DNA of 64,000 nucleotides. Origin: an uncultured virus (IMG/VR IMGVR_UViG_3300030102_006999). Lineage: Duplodnaviria > Heunggongvirae > Uroviricota > Caudoviricetes. The translations under genes were made by a program, and so were the position numbers. The first letter of the stretch is position 1, and every line of letters starts with the position of its first letter. The notes under the pieces are model-generated. The model searched no databases. It was not told the origin of the DNA and saw nothing but the letters and a program-made list of their open reading frames with translations. The stretch is taken from the IMG/VR virus record IMGVR_UViG_3300030102_006999. One strand, 5' to 3'. This document shows positions 9,513 to 18,742 of this stretch, piece by piece.

Positions 9513-10166
9513 ATGAGCAAGAAGCTTTTAAACGAGACTACTATTCGACGATTTGCGGCGCTGTCCGGAATCAGAGCTGATGTTGTATCTAACTTCATTA
9601 ATGAAGAATGGCAGCAGACTGGTGAAGAGGCCGTAAACGAGGAAGAAGAAGCAGAGATGGAAGAGAAAGAAGGCGCCGATGAAATGGACGCAGAAATGGA
9701 CATGATGGACGACGATGAATCTGACGAAGAAGCTGGCGAAGAAGAAATGGACATGGACACGGACATGGACCTCGATACCGAAGATGCTGGCGAAGAAGGC
9801 GATGCCCAAGGCTTGGTTCAGGCAATCGTTGACCAATTGCAACAGTTAGCTCAAATGGCTGGCGTTGAGATGGACGTTGAAGAGCCGGAAGCTGGAGACA
9901 TGGACATGGATCTTGGCGGAGAAGAAGAGACTCTAGAAGAAATTCTTGATGCAATCTTGGCTGAAGACGCGGAAGAAGAAACTTTGGAAGAAGCCGAAGA
10001 GGAAGAACTAGAAGAAATGCACTGCTCTTCTTCAAAGCGAGATGACAAAGACAAAGATAAAGCCCCAGCCAAGCGCGACGGTTCCTACATGCAAGAAGAT
10101 CTTGTTCAAGAAGTTCTTAAAAGAGTTAAAGCCCGCTTAACTCAGCTTTCTCAAACTCAAGAGTAA
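9513..10166 (+). CDS. highly acidic low-complexity protein, scaffold/prohead-core-like
   Basis: MSKKLLNETTIRRFAALSGI; E/D-rich with repeated LEE sites; GGAG RBS. Confidence 0.55.
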   Translation: MSKKLLNETTIRRFAALSGIRADVVSNFINEEWQQTGEEAVNEEEEAEMEEKEGADEMDAEMDMMDDDESDEEAGEEEMDMDTDMDLDTEDAGEEGDAQGLVQAIVDQLQQLAQMAGVEMDVEEPEAGDMDMDLGGEEETLEEILDAILAEDAEEETLEEAEEEELEEMHCSSSKRDDKDKDKAPAKRDGSYMQEDLVQEVLKRVKARLTQLSQTQE

Positions 10167-10186
10167 AACATAACTCACCCCCCAAA

Positions 10187-10223
10187 AAATACCTCGACCA
10201 ACTTTTAAGTTATCGGGGTATTT
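10187..10223 (+). terminator. hairpin, probable terminator
   Basis: AAATACCTCGA...TCGGGGTATTT inverted repeat after the acidic protein. Confidence 0.5.
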
Positions 10224-10241
10224 GCATTTATAGGATAGATA

Positions 10242-10655
10242 ATGACATCGTGGATAATATTTGTTTTAGGAACCCTGTGTGGGTATATGTTCAGTCGAGC
10301 ATATACAGTTCTTAGAGGCGCCTCTTTGGACATGAAGATGTTTCGAGTAGCGGAACTATATTGTCTACAGATGCTGACTACTTGTCTGGAAGATAGAGTA
10401 TTTATAAAAGAAGTTAAATACAGGGTAATGCGATCAAATCCAGAGTTTGGAGAAAATAAAGCTAAAATATCTAAAAACGAAGATGAGTACTCTCTTTCTT
10501 TGTGGAAAGATAATGTCATTAGGCATATGATTTCTGTGTATCCTCCACACTACAAAGGAATTATCAGATATAATGATTGGAAGGGTGCAATGGCGTGGTT
10601 GAACTATTTTACACAAAAAAAAGTTGACAACGATTCCATAATCCGTTATAATTAA
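10242..10655 (+). CDS. hypothetical protein with N-terminal TM helix
   Basis: Hydrophobic N-terminus; packs between neighbours. Confidence 0.6.
   Translation: MTSWIIFVLGTLCGYMFSRAYTVLRGASLDMKMFRVAELYCLQMLTTCLEDRVFIKEVKYRVMRSNPEFGENKAKISKNEDEYSLSLWKDNVIRHMISVYPPHYKGIIRYNDWKGAMAWLNYFTQKKVDNDSIIRYN
10624..10652 (+). promoter_or_regulatory. sigma70-type promoter
   Basis: TTGACA-17-TATAAT. Confidence 0.78.
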
Positions 10656-10675
10656 TAATATAGTCGGAGAAGATT

Positions 10676-10996
10676 ATGAAAGCAGTAGCATGGAAAGAAA
10701 GAAAAACAAACAACAAACTAATGTACATCCTTCAAATTGACGGGATTAAGGGGGTTAGAAGTGAAAATAGGGTCACAAAAGATCTGTCAGGATGGCAAGC
10801 ATATGCCGAAGGGTACGATGCTGTAAATAAAGCCAAGACAATTATATTTAAAAACTATTTCGACACGGAAGACGATTGGAAGAAATGGGCTAGAGAGTTT
10901 CCTTACTCGCTAACAGAGATCGGCAAGAGCGGAAAGGAAAAGCCTTATAAACTGGGTCTTGACTATATTAATTCACCCCGAAGGAGAGCATCGTAA
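10676..10996 (+). CDS. hypothetical protein
   Basis: GGAG RBS; coupled to clpP (TAATG). Confidence 0.7.
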   Translation: MKAVAWKERKTNNKLMYILQIDGIKGVRSENRVTKDLSGWQAYAEGYDAVNKAKTIIFKNYFDTEDDWKKWAREFPYSLTEIGKSGKEKPYKLGLDYINSPRRRAS

Positions 10997-11595
10997 TGTC
11001 TAAAGAAAATCAAACAGAAGAAAATCAAACAGAAGAAAATCAAACAGAAGGGTTGGGGCAAGAAGATCTATTACAAAAAATACCCCAAGAGCCTAGAGCA
11101 ATTGGAATCTTTCAAGACATTGACGAGAAAAAGGCAGAAGAACTTATATACGCTCTCACTTTATACGCGGCAGATAATAAAGATCCGGTAGAGTTTTACA
11201 TTTCCACCAATGGCGGATCTGCAACTGACATGTTTGCTGTATATGATTATGTTCGCACTCTGCGAGATGATATAGATATTTGCACTTATGGTCTTGGGAA
11301 AGTAATGTCTGCTGGCGTTTTGCTTTTAGCGTGCGGTACGCCGGGAAAGAGAAAGATTGGTAAATATTGCAGAGTTATGATTCATTCTGTTATTGGCTTA
11401 AACTCAGGCGCCCTACACGACTTAGAAAATGAAATGCAGGAAATACACAAGATTCAAGAAATATATATTGAGGCTCTGTGTGCAGAAACTAAATTTACAA
11501 AAAAGAAACTAAAAGATTTGATTTCAAAGAATGTCAATGTTTATTTATCGGCAGAGGAGGCAGTAAGTTACGGTATTGCTGACATTATAGTCTAG
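10996..11595 (+). CDS. clpP: ClpP-family protease subunit
   Basis: YISTNGGS, GKVMSAG (Ser), RVMIH (His), YLSAEEAVSYGIAD; the catalytic Asp position reads Asn. Confidence 0.88.
   Translation: MSKENQTEENQTEENQTEGLGQEDLLQKIPQEPRAIGIFQDIDEKKAEELIYALTLYAADNKDPVEFYISTNGGSATDMFAVYDYVRTLRDDIDICTYGLGKVMSAGVLLLACGTPGKRKIGKYCRVMIHSVIGLNSGALHDLENEMQEIHKIQEIYIEALCAETKFTKKKLKDLISKNVNVYLSAEEAVSYGIADIIV
11005..11049 (+). repeat. 3x15-bp tandem repeat (ENQTE x3) at the ClpP N-terminus
   Basis: GAAAATCAAACAGAA x3. Confidence 0.9.
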
Positions 11596-11609
11596 GAGGT
11601 AAATGGATC

Positions 11610-12248
11610 ATGTCTACTATTAAAGGTTTGCACGCCAAAATGATTGCAGAACAAGTAAAGCAAGTAATGGATAAGAAAGGTTATGTTTTCTTTGAGAAGG
11701 GCAAATTTAATGTCAATATAATTGGTGTTAGAAGTTCTTCTAAAAAATCTAATCTATTCGATGATTACATGCTTTTAATCTATAAGAACAAAAAGGATCA
11801 GTGGGAAGTTCAATCTTCAGTTATAACGACGGATCCCGGAGAAAAGTATTTAGTCAACCCTATTAACGATAAAGGTGCGGCTATTTTGGTACCAAACCAA
11901 TATAGGGGAGTCTATCGGCTAGACATACATGCCAGAAGCAATAGCAGATTCGCTCACGAAGCCCTTTGTCAACGTGGAGCACCACTGCAAGTGTGGAGAG
12001 ACAATAATAAAGATAAGGTTCTGGACCACGACCCAGAAACGACAGATGAGGGATGGTTTGGGATTAACATCCATCGCAGTAAATCATCAGGAGAAGCAGA
12101 TTACGTCGGATCTTACTCAGCCGGCTGCCAAGTTTTTAAAAACAGTACAGACTTCAAGATATTTTTAGATGTTATCAAGAGAGCTAAGAGTTTGTACGGA
12201 AATAGTTTTAGCTATACTCTCTTGGAAGAAACTGATTTCGAGGACTAA
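11610..12248 (+). CDS. L,D-transpeptidase/YkuD-like cysteine peptidase, possible lysin
   Basis: GINIH...SAGCQ matches the His...SxGC catalytic motif. Confidence 0.55.
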   Translation: MSTIKGLHAKMIAEQVKQVMDKKGYVFFEKGKFNVNIIGVRSSSKKSNLFDDYMLLIYKNKKDQWEVQSSVITTDPGEKYLVNPINDKGAAILVPNQYRGVYRLDIHARSNSRFAHEALCQRGAPLQVWRDNNKDKVLDHDPETTDEGWFGINIHRSKSSGEADYVGSYSAGCQVFKNSTDFKIFLDVIKRAKSLYGNSFSYTLLEETDFED

Positions 12249-12256
12249 TTAGTATT

Positions 12257-13939
12257 ATGAATGAACTAGAAAACTTAATAGAAGAACACTATTCAAAAAA
12301 ACAAAATAATAAGTTTGCATTTCAAGACCTAATTGATTTGGTTGAATCATTATATGATGACTTCGCCCCGGTGCTAAATGAGAGAAAGTCTCCCCCAAGA
12401 ACTGCACAAAGTATGAACGTCGAAATGTCCTTCATTCCCGAAATCAATGTCAGTGAATTGGGCTGGTCAGATGTCTCTACGAACGAAGCCGGGGAAACCA
12501 TCAAAGGACCACAACGCCGCTTGCTAGAGGATTATTTAAATAATATCGCCGGTAGCACCTTGTCAGAAAAAATCGCCAGCCTAGAGGCCTTTTACGAAGA
12601 TGGTGATCAAACTCTCTTAGACGACGCAGAGAATCGTTCAGAAGTAATCAAGAAGGTCATGTCTTACTTGGTTTTCTATAAAACTTTGACAAAGGTTATT
12701 ACTAACTTCAACGCATCTTCAGCTGGATTTAGTTTTGAATCGTTTCTTGCAACGCTGTTAGATGGAAAACAGATCCCTGCTTCTGGCGCAAATACAATTG
12801 CCGACTTCACTACAGGAGATAATATCCCAATCAGTCTCAAGCTGTACGCCGAGAAATCTCTTCAAGTAGGTGGCAGTTATGTTGCCTTGGTAGATGACTT
12901 GGTTGAACCTAAATTCAATCACCCCGGTATGAGATATGTCGTTTGCACCAAGAACCTGCAAGGTAAAGGCTTGGAGCAAAATGGATCTATTAAATTTTAT
13001 GAGTTTGATATTGATATAAACAATGTTGCTAATATTATTGGCGTAAGCAGCGACAAATCAGCAAAATGTATTAGACTTCCTCGTGCAATTGAGACGGCTG
13101 ATGCTGATTACGACATTAACGCTACACTGCCATCAGCTAGAAATATGCCTAGTATCGAAGATCTGAAGAAGATTTATGAAGACAATGTTCGAAAAAACTT
13201 GAAGGATAATGGGTCAACTATCTCTGAAGAAGAACTTAGGGCCCTTTTGGATAAAATTGGCTGGGGCACAAAAGAGGATGTATTCAAGCCCGCCAATCCT
13301 GACCGTTTTGGTGGTGTGGAACAAGGCGTTGTTTTCGGAATCTCCAAGACAGATAGAACAAAGTTGGGTAACCTTCTTATGCCCGATACCCAAGCCGAGA
13401 ATGACGTTAGAAAAGCTATTGGCTTTAATGACAAAAGAGCGATTATTTCAGTCTTTACAAAAGCTAATGATGATCTTGTTTCTCAATTCACAAGAGCAAA
13501 ACTTAGTGGAGAAAGGGGAAAGCAATTGGCAGCTATGGCCAAGTCTGGAGAGTTTTTGTCCCCGGAAGATTCAGTGAAGTTATACAATACATTGTCTGAA
13601 GATATGAAAAGGGTTGCTCTCAAAAACTCTCTAGGATATTTAGAAACTTACCAGTGGCACCTAAACAGAACACAGGCTACAAACACTTCTGCACCACTAA
13701 ACGCAGAATACCAAGGCGAAATCCAAGTAGGTGCTCAAGCCGTAGTAAAGTTGTTGAACGATGTTAGAGACCTACTAAACCAACAGGTATTTCAGATTTT
13801 CAGTTCTTTGAAATCTTTATCTGATAATCTTAACTCTTATTTTGCTGGCGGTCTCGCTGATGATAGACGAGCAGCTGGCGCAATTGATGACGCGCAACAG
13901 ATCGAAGCAAACACTATTGAAATAAAAGATCAAAAATAA
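12257..13939 (+). CDS. 560-aa protein with PD-(D/E)xK-like nuclease motif
   Basis: AGFSFESFL...IADF...ISLKLY; ATG lies 5 nt after ACTAATTA. Confidence 0.5.
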   Translation: MNELENLIEEHYSKKQNNKFAFQDLIDLVESLYDDFAPVLNERKSPPRTAQSMNVEMSFIPEINVSELGWSDVSTNEAGETIKGPQRRLLEDYLNNIAGSTLSEKIASLEAFYEDGDQTLLDDAENRSEVIKKVMSYLVFYKTLTKVITNFNASSAGFSFESFLATLLDGKQIPASGANTIADFTTGDNIPISLKLYAEKSLQVGGSYVALVDDLVEPKFNHPGMRYVVCTKNLQGKGLEQNGSIKFYEFDIDINNVANIIGVSSDKSAKCIRLPRAIETADADYDINATLPSARNMPSIEDLKKIYEDNVRKNLKDNGSTISEEELRALLDKIGWGTKEDVFKPANPDRFGGVEQGVVFGISKTDRTKLGNLLMPDTQAENDVRKAIGFNDKRAIISVFTKANDDLVSQFTRAKLSGERGKQLAAMAKSGEFLSPEDSVKLYNTLSEDMKRVALKNSLGYLETYQWHLNRTQATNTSAPLNAEYQGEIQVGAQAVVKLLNDVRDLLNQQVFQIFSSLKSLSDNLNSYFAGGLADDRRAAGAIDDAQQIEANTIEIKDQK

Positions 13940-13942
13940 TAC

Positions 13943-13971
13943 TTGACACATAGTACAAATGTGGTTATAAT
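13943..13971 (+). promoter_or_regulatory. sigma70-type promoter for groEL
   Basis: TTGACA-17-TATAAT. Confidence 0.8.
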
Positions 13972-14001
13972 ATAATATAGTCAAAAAGAAAGAGGTGTAA
14001 T

Positions 14002-15573
14002 TTGACAAAGCATTATGATTCTGGTTCTAGCATGAATCAAAAGATTTTATCTGGTGTTAATATTCTTGCGGATAATGTAGCATCTACACTAGGCCCTCGC
14101 GGCCGAAACGTGATCCTGCAAGAGAAAGGTAAACGACCTATTATCACTAAGGACGGAGTAACTGTGGCGGAGTTTGTGGATCTTGAAGATCCATTCGAGA
14201 ACGCCGGAGTTCAGATTATTAAACAAGCAGCAGCACAAACTAATCTCGATGCTGGTGATGGAACAACAACTTCCACAGTATTATCTCGCGCCATCTTAAA
14301 CGAGGCTCAAAAGTATATTTCATCCGGTATCCCACCAATTGAACTTCAGCGAGGCATTGAACTAGCCGTTGATGCAATCACTGAAGAGCTAAAGTCAGTC
14401 GCTCGCCCTGTGATGTCCGAAGAGGATATCAGCCACGTAGCAACCATTTCAGCTAATAACGACAAGACCATTGGATTCTTGATTGGCAAGGCCGTCGCAG
14501 CCGCTGGCAAGGATGGTGCAATTACTGTAGAAGAAGCTCGGTCTATGAAAACAAGTCTTGACCTAGTAGAAGGTTTCCGAATGGATGCTGGCTATGCTGC
14601 TTCTGCTTTTATCACCGACGAGCGCCGGCGCGCCGCAACTTATGATGACCCTCTCTTGCTTGTGACGGATGAGAAGATCGACCGCGTTCAAGATATTATG
14701 CACATCTTAGAACTTGCTGCTAGAGAGTCTCGCCCTCTTATCTTTATTGCAACAGAGATTGAAGGTCAAGCATTGGCCGCTATGATTATGAACGCTATCA
14801 AAGGAACTCTAAAAGTAGCAGCTATCAAGGCTCCACGATACGGCGAAGAGCGTAAGAATATCTTGCAAGACTTGGCAACTTCCACTGGAGCGACTTTTAT
14901 CTCTCGCTCTCAAGGTAAGAAGCTCCAAGACGTAAAACTCGTTGACTTGGGAACTTCAGACCGAATTGATATCACCCGATACCAAACTACGATTGTTGGA
15001 GGTAACGGAGATCAAGACGAGATCGAAGTACGATTAGACAACCTGCGAGAAGATTTAACTAGAGAAGATAATCTAAACGAGTGTGAAAAGATTCAAGACC
15101 GAATCGCACGTTTGTCTAGCGGTATCGCAATCATTCGCGTAGGTGCCTCAACTGAAGTAGAAATGATTGAAAAGAAGCACAGGATCGAAGATGCCCTTGA
15201 AGCAGTGAAGTCGGCACAATTAGAAGGCATCGTACCCGGTGGTGGCTGTGCTCTCTTGTCAGCAGTAAGAGTGTTAGATAATGTTTCTTGTCCAAATAGC
15301 GACCAAGTATTGGGTGTAGAGATTATCAGGCAAGCAGCCTCGGCACCTCTTCGTCAGATGGCAATCAACGCCGGCGAATCTCCAGATATTATTTGTGCCA
15401 AAGTATGTGAAACTGATTCCGATACAGGATATGATTTTGTAACAGGACAAGTAGTTAACATGTGGGATAAAGGTATCCTTGACCCCGTTAAAGTTACTCG
15501 CACAGCTTTGCAGAACGCTGCTTCTGTTTCTGGCACATTATTAACTACAAATTGTGCAGTCATTCAAAAGTGA
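14002..15573 (+). CDS. groEL: chaperonin GroEL (TTG start)
   Basis: TLGPRGRNV, ITKDGVTVA, AGDGTTT, RIEDAL, GIVPGGG, ILDPVKV; GAGGTG RBS. Confidence 0.96.
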   Translation: MTKHYDSGSSMNQKILSGVNILADNVASTLGPRGRNVILQEKGKRPIITKDGVTVAEFVDLEDPFENAGVQIIKQAAAQTNLDAGDGTTTSTVLSRAILNEAQKYISSGIPPIELQRGIELAVDAITEELKSVARPVMSEEDISHVATISANNDKTIGFLIGKAVAAAGKDGAITVEEARSMKTSLDLVEGFRMDAGYAASAFITDERRRAATYDDPLLLVTDEKIDRVQDIMHILELAARESRPLIFIATEIEGQALAAMIMNAIKGTLKVAAIKAPRYGEERKNILQDLATSTGATFISRSQGKKLQDVKLVDLGTSDRIDITRYQTTIVGGNGDQDEIEVRLDNLREDLTREDNLNECEKIQDRIARLSSGIAIIRVGASTEVEMIEKKHRIEDALEAVKSAQLEGIVPGGGCALLSAVRVLDNVSCPNSDQVLGVEIIRQAASAPLRQMAINAGESPDIICAKVCETDSDTGYDFVTGQVVNMWDKGILDPVKVTRTALQNAASVSGTLLTTNCAVIQK

Positions 15574-15638
15574 GCTACTACTTAGGAAGTGATATGAGAA
15601 ACTTAACTTTCATAAATCAGCAGGAGGAGGTGGCTTTT

Positions 15639-15917
15639 ATGTCTGAAGATGATGTAAAGATGACTGACATTGTTGAGATTGACGGTAAGCTCGATAGGCT
15701 AGTAGACAATCTCGATGTGATGCGCCAGTGCCAATTTAGAATGACCGAGGACATTTCTAAGATTAAAGAGGCCGTGTACAACCCAGACCAAGGTTTATAT
15801 GCTAGATTAAAAGCAATTGAACAATGGAAAGAACAAACTTCAAAAGTTGTGTGGGTGATAATGACTAGTGTTATTGGCTTGGCATGTGCAACAATGTGGC
15901 AAACTTTTTTTAACTAG
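15639..15917 (+). CDS. coiled-coil protein with C-terminal TM helix (XhlA/holin-like)
   Basis: GGAGGAGG RBS; RLKAIEQW followed by hydrophobic tail. Confidence 0.55.
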   Translation: MSEDDVKMTDIVEIDGKLDRLVDNLDVMRQCQFRMTEDISKIKEAVYNPDQGLYARLKAIEQWKEQTSKVVWVIMTSVIGLACATMWQTFFN

Positions 15918-15928
15918 AGAGGTGCGCT

Positions 15929-16210
15929 TTGCGCGTAAATATATCTTATTCAATAGACGTAGAAGAAATCCCTACTGAAGTAGACAGAATGCTCGAAGAA
16001 TCCAAAGAGATTTTTTTGTCTGCTACAAATGACCTTGAGCGTACTATCGGAAGAAATCCGTTAGAAGTTATAGAAAACATTCAAGACATTAGAAAGTTCT
16101 TAGTTAATATAGATCAGAGATTAGCAGACTGTTCAGCAATTCTATCTGGCTATATAGACATAATTAAACCCTCGGCCCAACCGCAAGTGCCAGAGAATAC
16201 GGATGAATAG
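15929..16210 (+). CDS. hypothetical protein
   Basis: GAGGTG RBS, TTG start, operonic packing. Confidence 0.65.
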   Translation: MRVNISYSIDVEEIPTEVDRMLEESKEIFLSATNDLERTIGRNPLEVIENIQDIRKFLVNIDQRLADCSAILSGYIDIIKPSAQPQVPENTDE

Positions 16211-16424
16211 TTTTAGTAAAGGTGACTACGTGCATGTTCCCGGCGGAACAAACATCTTTCAATTTGATATAGGCGGAAGTGTAAAAATGTTTCGGCATAT
16301 ATCAAAACCTTCGGCTTTAATGTTCTTAGGAGAATCAGGAGAATATTATAAAGTATTCTATACTGGAGAAGTTTACTTAATAAACAAGAAAAATGTTTAT
16401 AACTTAGGAGATGATGATGAATAA
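16203..16424 (+). CDS. small KOW/SH3-like protein
   Basis: FSKGDYVHV start motif. Confidence 0.55.
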   Translation: MNSFSKGDYVHVPGGTNIFQFDIGGSVKMFRHISKPSALMFLGESGEYYKVFYTGEVYLINKKNVYNLGDDDE

Positions 16425-16710
16425 TATCAGGTTTGTAGAGATTTACAATAAGTCAGGAACTCCAGCTTTTAAGGAGTATTCTTTAAGAGAGGTTTATATT
16501 AACCCAGATCATGTGGTGTGTTTGCGAGAAAATAATGATGTAACACGGTTACTAATCGAAGGCTCACTCCCAGATGAGCTAGACCCACGACAGCAATTTA
16601 CAACAGTGAGTTTAAATAAGGGAACATATGGTCAAGATATCATCGTAATCGGCCCAGTTCGAGAGACTCACGAAAAACTATATGCCCAAAAAACATTATT
16701 GCAAGGTTGA
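16411..16710 (+). CDS. FlbD-like small protein
   Basis: VYINPDHVVCL...IIVIGPVRETHEKL pattern. Confidence 0.45.
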   Translation: MMMNNIRFVEIYNKSGTPAFKEYSLREVYINPDHVVCLRENNDVTRLLIEGSLPDELDPRQQFTTVSLNKGTYGQDIIVIGPVRETHEKLYAQKTLLQG

Positions 16711-16714
16711 TGAT

Positions 16715-17146
16715 ATGAAAGAGATTGAATGTGTATTTGAAGAAGTCGATGAATGGAATGGCCTTTTGGACTCAAAAACAGACAAGACAAAATTTGGCAG
16801 ATATGATGGGTCTAATATTAAGGCTGAAGGTGTGGGTGTGACATGTTGGCCAATTGTGGCTAATATATTGCCAGAGAATAGCATTAGAGAGATGCTAGAG
16901 TCTGGTATGTCAGAAAGTGACATCGTACATATGTGTGTTAAGTTTCTGAATAAAAAACCTTATCGGGCACGCAAGTTGCGCTACGGTGAGTTAAAGGTTA
17001 AGCACTTTATTATAAACGTAGATAAAAATAAGATTAGTGCGTCTTTGACAACTACCGAGAGAAATAGTAAATTCTTCTGGGGTCGCGGCTCTTTTAAAAA
17101 AATGGGCAAGCTATCAAAACGAGGCCGCCCCCGTAAGAGCGCATAG
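16715..17146 (+). CDS. hypothetical protein, basic C-terminus
   Basis: ORF track; KRGRPRK AT-hook-like tail. Confidence 0.6.
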   Translation: MKEIECVFEEVDEWNGLLDSKTDKTKFGRYDGSNIKAEGVGVTCWPIVANILPENSIREMLESGMSESDIVHMCVKFLNKKPYRARKLRYGELKVKHFIINVDKNKISASLTTTERNSKFFWGRGSFKKMGKLSKRGRPRKSA

Positions 17147-17149
17147 AAA

Positions 17150-17614
17150 ATGGAATACGAAGATAAAATCTCTCAAGATATAAACTGCATAGAGTTTATG
17201 CTCCTAGATAAATACGGAGTATCTGTAGACTTTGACGAGAACGGGGAAAATGAATATTGGTTCGATCCAGATGATCGAGAAGATATGGGTCTGATTACAA
17301 TCGACTCTTCTATGGAACTCTTAGAGCAGCTTTTTGTCTTGTTGCACGAGGCTGGCCACGTTGTTTTGAGAAGTAATAAGGAAGACTTCTTAAAAAGGTT
17401 TCCTAATTTGGACCGAAATACTTTATCAGGCCGCGTGGAGATACTTAGAGAAGAAGTTATGGCTTGGGACGAGGCCGCAAACCTAATCAAAAAGTATGGA
17501 ATAGACCGGTCCGATCACTTTGATTTAAATGCTTGGAGGCAAAACTATAGAAGTGCTCTTGCTATGTATGCGTCTTGGGTAGAAAAAGGAGATTGTCATG
17601 TCAATCCGAGTTGA
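17150..17614 (+). CDS. zincin metallopeptidase (ImmA/IrrE-like)
   Basis: LLHEAGH with downstream EEVMAW. Confidence 0.65.
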   Translation: MEYEDKISQDINCIEFMLLDKYGVSVDFDENGENEYWFDPDDREDMGLITIDSSMELLEQLFVLLHEAGHVVLRSNKEDFLKRFPNLDRNTLSGRVEILREEVMAWDEAANLIKKYGIDRSDHFDLNAWRQNYRSALAMYASWVEKGDCHVNPS

Positions 17615-17930
17615 AAAACCTTGGGGTTTTGAGATTATATGGGCAAAAACAGATGATTATGTAGGCAAGCTGCTTCATATAAATGCAGGACATCGCTTGT
17701 CAAAGCAATATCACGAGCAGAAAGAAGAAACAGTCTACGTCTTATCTGGTATTTTATATAATTACGACAAAGACGACAAGATAGAAAAGGTATTGCCGGG
17801 TAAATCGTTTCACGTTAAGCCGGGACAGATTCATCGTTTTGGCGCAATGGAGTCGGCTGTGGAAGTTATAGAAGTTAGCACAAACTACCTAGAAGATGTT
17901 GTTAGGTTAGAAGACGACTATAGGAGATAG
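17598..17930 (+). CDS. cupin, mannose-6-phosphate isomerase type II C-terminal-like
   Basis: KPWG, LSKQYH..KEET, IHRF, IEVST..EDVVRLEDDY. Confidence 0.8.
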   Translation: MSIRVEKPWGFEIIWAKTDDYVGKLLHINAGHRLSKQYHEQKEETVYVLSGILYNYDKDDKIEKVLPGKSFHVKPGQIHRFGAMESAVEVIEVSTNYLEDVVRLEDDYRR

Positions 17931-17932
17931 GC

Positions 17933-18280
17933 ATGACCTACAAGTTTTATTTAGCATGTTTGCTTATACTAGCAGGACACGTTATGTCTTGGTATGCCAC
18001 TTATTCCCAGTTCCTTTATGATTGGTGTAAACAAAATGTTATTCTTTTGCCTTTGATATTTTCAATCCCTACGGGCTATTTCTTTACCTATGGAATGAGA
18101 TTCGCGGTACAAGAGATGGATGAAGTTTGGGGGCCAAGGCTATTAGGCTTTGGGCTATCTTATTTGGTCTTTCCGGCTTTAACGTATTATTATTTCAACG
18201 AAAGCATGTTTGAACCTAAAACATTAATTTGTATTTTGTTGTCATTTGTGATCGTTGGAATACAGGTATTTTGGAAATAG
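17933..18280 (+). CDS. 4-TM membrane protein (SMR/DMT-like)
   Basis: 115 aa with four hydrophobic segments. Confidence 0.5.
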   Translation: MTYKFYLACLLILAGHVMSWYATYSQFLYDWCKQNVILLPLIFSIPTGYFFTYGMRFAVQEMDEVWGPRLLGFGLSYLVFPALTYYYFNESMFEPKTLICILLSFVIVGIQVFWK

Positions 18281-18311
18281 AACAAACTATTTATATTCAA
18301 GGAAGATTAAA

Positions 18312-18668
18312 ATGAGCCTAGATATTATTATAGACGAAGCTATCGAAAGATTAAAAGAAGAAAAATATAAACTAAGAACTTTCCAAGTAGAGTTACTTTT
18401 GAAGATTGACTCTGAATACGGTGTAGAGGAAACTCTTCAGGATATTCGCTCAATAGGGGGAGTTACTGTGGTCACTGCTCTTGATTCTTTATTTAGAAAA
18501 GATAGTGGAAGTTATTTAAGTCATATTAAAATTAAGTTTCACCCCCAAGAAGACTCGACTACCGCTAAAAAGTTTGTAAAAGACCATCTCCTTCCGATTA
18601 TTAGGTCGACTGAAATACCCGGCACGACTGTCGTGAGAGTAGTCGCATCTGTCCAGCAAATCGCATAA
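18312..18668 (+). CDS. hypothetical protein (putative late/virion)
   Basis: ACTATTTA at 18286-18293 upstream; DIRSIGGVTVV. Confidence 0.6.
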   Translation: MSLDIIIDEAIERLKEEKYKLRTFQVELLLKIDSEYGVEETLQDIRSIGGVTVVTALDSLFRKDSGSYLSHIKIKFHPQEDSTTAKKFVKDHLLPIIRSTEIPGTTVVRVVASVQQIA

Positions 18669-18742
18669 TATAAATATTTTCAACTTTTGATATTTTCTTT
18701 TATATTTACTAACAGGGGGTAAGCCCCAAGAGGTGAGTATGA

